Shown here: piece after piece, positions 36,046-47,229 of the stretch
How positions within the stretch are numbered: position 1 is the stretch's first letter
Layout of the letters: each line of letters opens with the position of its first letter
Origin: Cenococcum geophilum
Lineage: Eukaryota
Reading direction: 5' to 3'
DNA length: 64,000 nucleotides
NCBI GenBank assembly: GCA_050273025.1
Contig: CP158635.1
Coordinates: forward strand, 25,482,001-25,546,000
Notes under the pieces: generated by a model
The model's input: only the letters and a program-made list of their open reading frames with translations
The model's database searches: none
Told to the model about the DNA's origin: nothing
Made by a program: the position numbers and the translations under genes

Positions 36046-39000
36046 TTTCAGCCAGGCAGGTATCAAGACAAATGACGTTAGCTAGCTAATGGGTAGAGAC
36101 ACAGAATTAAACGAGCGATCTGTTTTATTCAAGGTGGCTCTAAGAGCCCTAATATACATAAGAGAATTGACCCCCTACAGGGGTCCCTAGAGGGTGGTGT
36201 AACAAGACGATATTAGGCTAATACTAATGTCTGACAGCCGTCGTCACAGGTCAATATTACCCATAGGTAAAGCTACCTCCGTGGCCAACACACCCCCTCA
36301 GATCTGGCGTAGAGCGGTAGAGCTGGATTACCGGATTAGGTAGTCGTAATAGACGAGCTGGTGGTAAGCTTTGCTAAGCGTCAATTAACCAGATGTCTGA
36401 TATCGCGGAGCCCTACCACATCGACGAATTTTTGATGATTTTGCTTTAATAGAGCTTTAGTTAGTCCATCTGCAACCATCTCGCTCGTTGGTACCCATTG
36501 TACGACAAAGCTTCCGTTTTGGACTTCTTGGCGAAGCCAGAATTAATAGATATCTACGTGTCGGAGTTTTGTAGATACCGTAGGAGTCTCCTTCGTCACG
36601 ATCCGTACTGACTGCTAATTGTCGCAATTAATAATAATGTCCTGTTCTGGATCGAATCTGATGGCTTTGAATATCCGAACTATATGCTCTACCTCCCCAC
36701 CAACGTATAAGAGAGCCAGGAGTTCTGCTTCTATAGTAGACTTAGTAACTGCCTTTTATCTAGTTGCCTACTATACTATAGGTCCATTAAATAAGCTTAT
36801 TAAGAAACCCTATGAGCTCCGTCGTGTTAGAGTATTGTTAGTAAAGCTGGCATTAGAAGCAGCTTTTAGAACCTGGTTTATCTTATACGGCGTAATAGTA
36901 GAGAACTCGAGAGCGAGGTATCTGGTATCGTAGAGATAGGTAAGTAATCTATTAATCTCCGCAAGATAAGCTGGTAACGGATTTTGCAAGAACTCAGCTA
37001 GCCTGCTGACTAAAAAAGCGACGTCTGGTTGTGTAGTAGATGTAGGATATATTGCAGAACCTATACGGCGTTGATATCCTTTTATCTGATTCGGCGTAGC
37101 TTCTCCCTTATATAGTGTTAATTCCTAGCCCAATAATGGTGTAGCTGATGGCTTTAGATACTCTAGATGGTATATTAAGACTAGCTTCTTGAGATACTAA
37201 TCTAGATAGAGCTAGAGCTTTCCTTTTTATCGATCTCTTATAACACGAGTATTTAGGAATGACGTGAACTGAGGTATTTGGCGGATCTCAAATCGATCTT
37301 ATAGCTGCTTTAGGATGTCCTCTATCTGCTGTCGACAGCTTGGGTATCCTATAATTAGGATATTGTTAACGTAGAAGAATATAAAGATAGGTTTGGTAGG
37401 GTGTATATAGAGACACGGCTTGTTTGGTATAGCTTTTAAACCTATGCTTCGCAGAGTAGCAGACATTTCTAAAAACTATAACTTTGGAGATTTACGTAGT
37501 CCGTATATTGCCTTTCTTAGACAGAGGGAGAATTTAGGCGGTAGGTCTATACCCTCAGGGGGAACGAGGTAGACCTTATTGTTAACTAAGGCATTGACGA
37601 AGGCGTTAACGGCGTCAATCTGTATAACATTGAGGTTGAAGCCAGCGATGAGAGTATATAGTAGACGGAAGGTTCGATAGGCTGCCGTTATAGCTTTAAC
37701 CTCCTCTTGTGAGACTGCTTAAAGGTCTCCGCGGATAACTAGACGAGCCTTAAATCTCGTGATGAAGCTGTCTGAATCTTCCTTGTACGTAAAGACCTAT
37801 ATAGTAGGAAGTCAATGGACCTTTTTGATTAGTCGTACCTTGTTCTAGGTCTGCTTTCCTGTTAAGGCCTTTATCTTAATGTAAGCAGCTGCTTTAAACT
37901 CTGTAGTGTACTTATGATTAAGCATCTCTTTTTATGACTTTGGTGGTAGTGGAAAGTCGTCTCGATGTCCGTATGTCTTTGTAGCAGTAGTATAGAAAGC
38001 GTAAGCCAATAGTGTTGTATCTAGATTAATGAAATCATTACCATCATTAATTTAAACCGTAAAGGCTTGTCGTTGTAAATCCTGATTTGGCATATCTTTC
38101 TTCTTTGCTGTAGACCGCTTTTCACGGCTAGAACGTTTTTTACCCCCTGACGATGAGCCTACTGTCGTCTGAGGTTTGGAATGAGGTATAGGATCTATAA
38201 ACGGTGGTTTGGTGACTTTAGAAGATGACTAAGTAATAGATGGTGTCTGTGGCGTAGATACCGCAGTAGATGGTGATTGCTAAGGCGCTAAAGACGCTAA
38301 TAGTTCAGACAGTTCTGGAGTTAGCCCTAGGGTAGGAGTTAGCCCTAGGGTAGATAGCTAACGGAGTTCTTCTATTAAGATCTAAATGCTTTTTAACATA
38401 GGAGTAACGTTAATATTTGCTAAATACGGCAGCCCTATATCTAGTTCTTTGTTAAAGTTCTCCATCCAGTCCTTACTGCTATCTTAAAGATTATCTAGTA
38501 GGTCCTAGACTTGCTAAAAACGGTCCCTTTAAGCCTACAAGATAATAAGGTGTTCTGGTATTTTGGGAGATTAATATCTCTTTAACTTATTAATTCGTAC
38601 ATTACGAGATCGGATAATGTGGTTAGTGGTTAGTATCCATATCCTATAGATATTTAACGCTTCTATACTGACGAGATAATCTATTTAGGCTTGTAGCTTA
38701 AACTTTGCCTTCCTAGGAATGCTGTATTTAATAAGCACGTAGGTTAAAGATCCGGCTATACGAAGTCCTACTAGCCATGGCTTCCGTTTATACAGTATCT
38801 TAAATGGGGTCTTTTAGTTAATAGACTTAATAGGAGTTTGATTAAGTAGGAATACTACAAGAAGTATAAACTCGGGCCATAAATCCACGGGTAACTTTGC
38901 TTTAATAATAGCAGTCCTTACTTATTTAGAAATGGCTCTCCCTAACCTCTCTATAGGTCTATTTTGAGCTAGGGTATATAGCGTTAATTACTTAATAATA

Positions 39001-41538
39001 CCTCCGTTAAGCTAGATGAGGTTCTTTACCCTAGCGCCTATACCTTACTCCTTATCTATATGCTAAATGCGGATACCTTAAGCATCAAATTTCTTCGTAA
39101 ATGCTATTATTGATTTAAAGAGTGGGAGCAGTGTCTCTTACTTGTAGTTCTTAATAAGAAAAGCACGATGGTACTTTATATAGTCACACTAAAAGTGAGC
39201 TACATATATGTCTCTATTAAACCCATCCTTTTCTATAATAATATTAAAGTATATACGTTTAAAAGGATAGGTTCCCTTTGCTAATATTCTATAAGATATC
39301 TACTAGGTTATCTTTCTAAGAACACATAGTTTATAAAGTGGTATACTATACGGAGTTCTTCCTCTATCCGTCTTAACCACTTTAACCCCATTTACCGCAG
39401 TCGGTAGATAATCTACTGACTCTATATCACAGTGTAGTAAGCGTTAATGCCATACTTTGTTATATGCTAAGGTCTTAAATCTGGTAAATATAGCGTAGGT
39501 AGTAGGAGTAGGTGGTAAGCAGGTAATGGTATCGATAAGGTAGAGACCTCCGTATTCCATAAGGTTGCTAAAGAGGCTACCGTTATCCTTATAGCGCAGA
39601 TGGTTTGTAGATTAGTCGATAATTATTCTAACCCTACGGAGCTTTGCTGCGGATATTAGATTAGTATAAAAATAGGGAGCGTATATTACGTTCCTTAATG
39701 TTAGATACCGAGTTAGGCGTTATTTCCCTACATCAATTACCAAGTTAATATCACCGTATCTATGGATTTCTGCCCCAGAATCTCCAGCTATTGCTGTAGA
39801 TATATATAGCTTAAGGTTATAGAAGTACCTGATATCGTTGTAGAAGTGGGTGTCTGCTATAGTGTTGTAACCCTAGGCATTAATTAAAGACAGATCCGGA
39901 TGTTCCTATAATAATGACGATAAGTAGGATGTTAATATAGCAGCCGCTGTAGCTTGGGGCCTGTCTAGATCCTTGATCTTTTTAGTAGTAGATAAAGCTA
40001 ATATAAACGTCCTTAACCTAGGACCTTCCTTCTCAATTTGCTTAAGCCTTCTGTTGTAATACTACTTATTTATTAAGACCTTAAGCCATTCTTAACACTT
40101 TCTTAAATACTTATCATTTGGTATAAAGTTTAAACCTTAAAGAGACTAAAACAGTTACTTGTAATTCTTTAACTTATAGGGTAAACCACAAGTAAAGCAC
40201 TTTGCCTTAGGTAATTGAGAAGGTACTAGGGTAGTAGACGTTGTAGGATCTACAGCTGGCTGCCCTAAGAGTGTAGTATGGGCGTTATATCCTGTATTTG
40301 GATGCTTATAGAGGAGGTTAAATTCCTTAATTATTATCGCCATTTCGAGCTTCTCTAACCTCTTCACTACCTTTTAGATAAAGGCATAGTACAGAGCTAA
40401 ATAGATCTCCTCACAGTCCTGGACAAAGGCTCGTATAATGCTGCTTTCTATTACCTCTATCAACCCTTCCTCTAGCTCTTCGCCGTTCTGTATAATGGTA
40501 ATATAAAGCTAAAGCCATAACTCCAGTATCTGGCGTTTAGGCCCTTGTTTCCGTTTCTTGAGATCGTCCAATACCATTTGCTGCAACGTAGCTTAAGATG
40601 GCTTTACTACCTTCTTTAGCTGTCTTAGAACCGAATATGGTGTGGTAAGATTCTTAAGATACCCAGAGAAGTTAGTGCCCACGGTGGCATGCAAGAGTGC
40701 TGCAAACGTGTAGAGCTTCTCTTCCCGTTTTAGGTAATCCTATTGTTGGAGCTTGTAGAGCTCAAAGAGCATTCTCTATATCTCTAGAGATTGCTGAGTT
40801 TGTTGTCCTTGACTTAATAACCCAGGTATAGCTGTTCCAGTAGATGATGGAGTTGCTGCTAGAGCTGCAGGAGCCGCTACTGGTGCTACAGGAGCTGCAG
40901 GATCCGCTGCTGGTGCTGCAGGATCTGCAGGTGCTGCTGCAGATGCTGCTGCAGGTGCTGTAGGAGCTGCTGCTATCGAAGGTATGGCTGGCTTATTGTT
41001 TTCTTTAATTTCGTTCTCCGTCTTATCTGGGTCGACATAGTCCCAAATCTTCGCAAAACTTGCTTCTTGGCGGATAAATTAAAACCATATAGGCCAGTCT
41101 TTCTAGGTCAGCAAAAGAGGGTTTATAGAGTCCTTGGTTGCCATATTAGCTTTTATTTTAAGGTTGCGTAAAGAAACGCGCTTACGCGTAAAGCACGCGA
41201 TATTTCGTGACAAACTATGCTCAAAGAGGCTTAGTGGTAGTCGTCTGGCCACTAAGATCTCCCTGGTGCTCAGAAGGTTACCGGGCTCATAACTTTCAGC
41301 CAGGCAGGTATCAAGACAAATGACGTTAGCTAGCTAATGGGTAGAGACACAGAATTAAACGAGCGATCTGTTTTATTCAAGGTGGCTCTAAGAGCCCTAA
41401 TATACATAAGAGAATTGACCCCCTACAGGGGTCCCTAGAGGGTGGTGTAACAAGACGATATTAGGCTAATACTGATGTCTGACAGCCGTCGTCACAGGTC
41501 AATATTACCCATAGGTAAAGCTACCTCCGTGGCCAACA
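36046..41538 (-). mobile_element. Young Ty1/Copia element F, lightly RIPped
   Basis: 245-bp LTRs at 36046-36290 and 41294-41538, with one difference seen by eye. TSD GTAAG, PBS gttatgagccc, PPT tgagggggtg. RT FYVNNIL (RIPped YVDD, ~37360) and RNase H LRHVDI..WLRQEV..MVADGLTKAL. Scattered stops. Confidence 0.95.
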
Positions 41539-41935
41539 GTAAGTTTGAAGTCTCTGAATTACTTGTGAAAGTACCCAGGTGAAGAGGTCGCCCTCACAGA
41601 GGAGCCTCGTAAAGCTCGTGGGGATTCAGGGTACCTAATGTAGAATAGCCAAAAGAATGGATTTTGTCTAGAATTTTGGAAGACATCTTAAAGTGCCCTA
41701 GCATGCACTAGCACCTCTCTTTCTGCGTTTTTTACTAAGCGGTCAATACATGTACCATCACCTACGGTCGCCTGCCTCCAGTTGATCTTAAGCCTCTGCA
41801 AGCGCCCTTTGCATAAAACTCGTGAGTTTATAAATTTATTGCTAGCTAACAAATAATATTTATAGCTAAGAGAATCACAGACATACTTTTCTAGAAATCA
41901 CTTGCGCTCCACATCCGCTACTTCCACACGACCAG

Positions 41936-42406
41936 ATGGCGCAACAACCTTCCACTCAACACGAGTCTGCAATGCAAAGAAAGTTCCGCGGCATTAAAGC
42001 GGCCATCAGGGAGGGTAAAAGCATTACCCCGACTAACGACCCTTATGCGCCTCGCCCTATGTGGTACTTCTTCTATGGCACTCTCAAGGATCCATCATGG
42101 CTCGCGTCTATTGCTGGGTTGGAAGAAATACCGGATGTCATGTACGCGAAGGTCCACCATGTGGGGCTTCGGTACTGGGGCAAATACCCGGTTCTTGTGC
42201 ACGGCAAGACCGGTGCTGTTATTGAAGGAGTGGCCTGGTTTGCTCCTAGTGTTGAAGTGATTAATCGACTGAGGGCTTATGAGACTGACGCGTACCGCGA
42301 TGGTTTTATTAAGATTGAGTTCAAAAATGGCGAGAAGGTTATGGGGAGGGTGTTCGATTGGGCTGGAGATGAGGAGGACTTGTCGGATAGTCCAGAATCC
42401 GATTAA
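41936..42406 (+). CDS. Gamma-glutamylcyclotransferase / AIG2-like protein
   Basis: WYFFYGTL motif, YPVL..G...IEG and RLRAYETDAY, typical of the GGCT-like fold. Confidence 0.85.
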   Translation: MAQQPSTQHESAMQRKFRGIKAAIREGKSITPTNDPYAPRPMWYFFYGTLKDPSWLASIAGLEEIPDVMYAKVHHVGLRYWGKYPVLVHGKTGAVIEGVAWFAPSVEVINRLRAYETDAYRDGFIKIEFKNGEKVMGRVFDWAGDEEDLSDSPESD

Positions 42407-42659
42407 CTGGCTGTTGAGCAGGTCTGAAAAACTCGATAAATAATTAATGGGTGAGCGTCACTTTTGAAGCCTTGGCAGTTCTATATTTCTCTGCTAAATC
42501 CTACTAAGTTCTGCTAGGACTACTACCTAAATCCTATTCTACCCTATACTTATATTAACTAAGCAACCAAGTTAACAATATATACCCTTTTCTTCCTATT
42601 TCCTTACCTCCTTTTCTTACGCAACGTCTTAACTTTATTATATAGTTTATATACATAGC

Positions 42660-42945
42660 TTAGTAGTATCTACTTCGCTATATATTATCGTCGCTTATAC
42701 TTACTCCGTAATACTCGCATTCCTATTAGGGACAATCTTATTTATACTAAAACTTAATTATAGAATGATATACCTATATTAGCAGAGCTACTAGAGCCTA
42801 AGTGGTTAATTAGCTAGTTAGAAGGCTTTAAATCTCGTAATAGAATTTATAAGAGAAAGTAGTACGGTAAGGCTACGTCGGTTAATATAGAAGGCGCTGA
42901 AGATCGTATAATAGAGCTTCGTATAATTGTTACGCCTTACTCTTT
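42660..42945 (+). pseudogene. RIPped pogo/Tc5 (CENP-B HTH) transposase fragment
   Basis: With RIP reversed it reads IPI..LIHAK..PEPKWS.GWLEGFKSRNGI.KRK.HGEA.SV. It sits in an AT-rich island (~42480-42945). Confidence 0.7.
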
Positions 42946-43059
42946 CCCGTTAACCGCGTTATCACTATCTTTCGCCAGAGGCGACATAAACCTGGACTGA
43001 CGCTTTCTACCTGTCGATCTCCTCTATCCGTAGTCATCGAAAACACACAATGCCGAGAG

Positions 43060-44744
43060 CTATTTTTGAGTACAATACCTCCTAACAACATCTACCAACC
43101 TCCCTCTCGTCCCCTTCTTATCAAACACCTGCGCATGATCCAATTCCCGAAACCACAGCACATCCAACTCATCTCCCTTCCATTCTCCCTCCTTCCAGCT
43201 TCCCGTCTCCCGACTCCCATAATCCGCACCCGTTAGATACGTCCCAACAACTTCCGTGTCAACGATCAGATCTTTCCCGCCTAGCACCACAGTCACACGT
43301 TGGCACTGGATATCTTCCTTCCACAGGATGTTCTCGCTCCAGAAGAAGCGTCGAGAAAGCGTGTGCGAGACGCCCATGTCTTTGGAGGCGAAGTAGTACA
43401 GTTGGTGTTCGTTAGCGCGGATTGGTTTACGGCGGATCTAAAGTGGGAAAGGGGTTAGCTAGGATTTATCCGGATAGGGAAGGCCTTACAAAATTGTACG
43501 CCACATCTGGGAGATGCAGCAAGAAAGACACTGGGTCCACAAATAGGATCGCCCCGACCTTCTGTTTGATATGTGGAGTCTGAAGGAGATGTGTAGAGAT
43601 CACGCTTCCGTACCTTCATATATTGTTAGCATCAGTATTAATGGTGAAGACACGTAGAGAAAGCGAAAGGGAATACCTACGAATGTGACACTAACACAAA
43701 CTTTTCCCATCCATGAGCCTTCAATATGCAATGAATCTCATGGCACATCTCGTCTTTCTGCAACGCCTCGCCTGTAATCCTGAAGCTCACAGGCATAATC
43801 TCCACCGCGATGATTCCCAGCTCTCCATCTAACCCATCTGTCTCATCTCCCACATTCAACTCAGCTAAGAAGTTCACATACGGATAGAGTCCGATGCCGA
43901 TGCCGTGGATGAATAGGATAGGGAGTCTCGTTTTGGAGGTGTGAGGGCGGTGCCAGTAGGTGAGAGTCTTCGCTGGAGAAAGATGGGGGCTGATGAGAGC
44001 GAGCGGGCGGAAGGGGAAAATAGTGAGAAATTGGAGGAGAGAAGTGCGGTGGAAGTTGAAGGAGTGGTAGCGCATGTAGCCAGACGCTATTGTGTCGACA
44101 ATAAACACACACTATAGAAAGGAGTAAGGATCAGCAATCTAGCTCGTGCTGTGAAACGACGAATCTGCCTGCATCTTTCTGGAGGAGCTCACCAGGTACC
44201 ACATCAAGCTCCGATGTAACATATCGACTTTGTCGAGCGTCAACCTCAAGCATTTTGCATTCCCCCTTCCGGCTTCTAACTTCCTCCCTAGCAACTTCTC
44301 CATCTCCCCAATATACTCCTCTAGCTCCTCATCATCCACCAGACCAGACTCTCCTGTATTGAAAAACGCCCACCGAAAGAAGTCCTTGACGTTCTCACGC
44401 TTGATCTCCGACGCTGGAGCGTCCAAGAACCATTTTGATAGATACCGTTCGGGATCAGGAATATTCTCGTAGCAACGCTGGAAGAGTAGACGGCGGCGTT
44501 CGCCGCAGGCGGGCGTTGGGTGCGTCGCAGCTGCTTGGAGGTAGAATCTGCGCGGAAGGTAGACAAGGAAATAGAATGCTGTCTCGAAGGTGGCCCAGGC
44601 TTCTAGTATCCAAGAAACATAGATGGGAGAGGGATGAACAAGAGAGATGGTGAGGCAATAGAGGATACTAAGAGGCGCAATCCAGTGTAGGAAGAATATA
44701 CAGGACCGGATGAAGATGTAGTCCCAGATTGATGTTCCTATCAT
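43060..44744 (-). CDS. Alpha/beta-hydrolase-fold protein with N-terminal hydrophobic helices (4 introns)
   Basis: PILFIHGIGIGLYPY, HS|YGS nucleophile elbow, LGGKDLIV and LDHAQVF. GT-AG introns near 44113-44191, 43615-43679, 43440-43490. Confidence 0.85.
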
Positions 44745-45422
44745 GTCGATGCCGTTGTCAGCGGTGATGATGACGACGACGACGATGCTTTTTACTCAAC
44801 TAGGAGCGGCGCCTGTATAGTAAAATATATGGGTTATGAGCCTCTCCGAGTGCGATTCCTCTGCCTCGTATGTCCTCTCGTGGAGTGGCTTGTAGTACTG
44901 TGATGCTGTACAAACGGATTTATGTCTGATCTGACAATTTCCTTTCTTAGGGACGTCCATAACTTGGTGACTACCAAAAGATATCTCTCCCAACAAAATC
45001 TGGACTTCAATACATGGGCCTTGTTTTGAGCTCTTTTCCATGTGAACGTCACTTTCCCCCTGTTTTCCATGTGACAGGTTCGATCGAGGTGCAAAGTGCT
45101 GGTCCCGTGACTAGCTCCACTTGGCACACCATACAATTCCATTGCCAGATCCAGATCAATCAGTCTTTATTTCAGAGCTCCTTTAATAGCACAATTTATA
45201 ATAATGATGTTATTCTCAGAGATATCCCAGTGAAGATCTTCCCACCTTTAAGACCAAACCTAGATGGGGATGGGATGCGACAGTTAAACGCTGTCCAATA
45301 AGTGTGAGCCGGGGATTGGGCTTACAGCTCGGCATGGTCAGGGAAAACTCGGTGTGTTATACCTAACTTATTGATACCTGAGATAACTCAGCCGAGCCGT
45401 AAACACCAAGAGTTAAATTAAC

Positions 45423-45565
45423 TATCCCTTAACCCGCTGAAATTCGTCCACGCATTATCGATAAGAATCAGCCAATTAGATCAACCCAATCGACTTTTCG
45501 CGTAGTTCGAATTCGCTATACAGCACGGACCACTTACTCTATGGACGCCAGTTGGTTAAGGGATA
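45423..45565. mobile_element. MITE related to 33601-33756, opposite orientation
   Basis: Inverted termini actatcccttaacc...ggttaagggatagt. Internal ttatcgataagaatcagccaat, gcacggacca and tggacgccag are reverse complements of motifs in the 33601 element. Confidence 0.8.
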
Positions 45566-47229
45566 GTGTCAACCGGAAAATTGAGGTCAGGAAAACTGTG
45601 AAGATTGATCTATGAGACCATATATACATGAGGTAGGTAGCAAAGGCTGACGTCGATACTGACGTCGGTTTAAAACTGTTACGTCATTGCCACCTTATCG
45701 ACAGATAGATCCACTCCAATCCACTAATTAGAAGGCCTAATCTAAATCCACATCGAAGCCGAATCCACATTGGAGCTCCAAATAAGGATACGTCTGGTTC
45801 CTTGAACCACCTGAATGATAAATGGGTGCCGCTGGTACGGTCTAAGCGGGCAAAATACGGATTTATTTAGTAGTTTGAAGGTATTTTAATTCATTTGAAG
45901 TATATATAGCTATGTAGGGTAAGTTCCGCAACCACGAGCTGCGATTGAATTTGAAGTAGCATCCTAGTTTGGTGTGTAGTCTGATTCGCGAGTAAGGGCA
46001 CGCCAACTTGCGCGATAGACCGGGGTACTTGGGCAGTCCTTTAAACTCAGCGACGTGCACGTGATAGGTCACGTGATGGCGCGCGGGCCACCGAGCCCCT
46101 TAGATTCTTACTCATAGAGCATCATATGTATCATTTCCGCCAGCCTACTCAGTGGTCTGACAATATCTAATAACGCTGATTTCTAGAAGCTCAAGGTACT
46201 GTTTTCAGAGCGAGGGAGGAGCGACGTGTGAGTAATGTATAGCGAGCGGCAAGCACAATTCATGCGCGAAATAGTATGCCAAATTTCAGTCATTCGTACC
46301 CCATTATACGACCGTAAAGCCACACATCTTTCACGTCGCCTTCAATGGATAAATATTTTAAATGAGTAAAAGTGTCGAACGACGCGTTAATTACGATCGT
46401 TGTCCTGTTTCCTATGTGGGTATAGATTAAGGGTGTCTCAGTTATTTCACTTGACTGTATATATTGAGGCTCAACAGCCTACATTAATTCGACAGAGTTC
46501 TGCTTCTTAACTGCTCCGTTCGACAAAGGTATCATCGTACAATTATGTCTGCTACTCATTTAGATACCTTGGACAGATTTCTCGCATACGCTGTTACTAA
46601 CTGTGAAGTCTACTCATGACTAGTCTCAGGCGACGTCGACGTCAATGAAGGGAGAAGTACGACTAAGTGAGGTACTATTCATTCATTCCTCACCACCTTA
46701 TCTAAGATCAGGACAAACGCCGGAAGACCTCCAGAATTGACCAAATAAAGCACTTGTATAATCCGTACAACTGTCTAAAGCTACTAATGAAGGCGTAACT
46801 GGAACATCACATCGAAAGCACTCGTACAACCTAACCGTATAGGATATTGTATGCCACCACGAGTTGAAGAGCGGTTTAAAATGGAAGTGACTCACACTAT
46901 GCAGACAATCATAGGTCCAGATATAGTATTCCCGAAACGAACGAGATTGGTGTAACCTAACGCCTGCTCAATATAAGTCCTTTAAATGGAGAAGATCACT
47001 GTTGTACTCTCTATGAACTGTATATCTAATCATTGTTGCGGAATAAAGAAGACCATGATAATACCTAGCCTAGGTGCCAGCTGTGCATTGATAGCAGACA
47101 TGCAACGCTTACTACTGTTATTATTATCGCAGAAGCTAAAAATAATACTCCTTCCCATGCCATGCTAAACAAAATTATTGAAACGTATCATCCGTAGGAG
47201 TGTATTGCGCCCATAGCGTCTTCATCATC

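Noticed and set aside
40850..40980. GCA-rich repeat
   Set aside because: It encodes an Ala/Pro linker in Copia F gag and is not an independent feature.
45600..47200. Possible ncRNA or gene near the CACGTG and TGACGTC motifs
   Set aside because: No tRNA, snoRNA box or convincing ORF was recognised; the motifs alone are insufficient.
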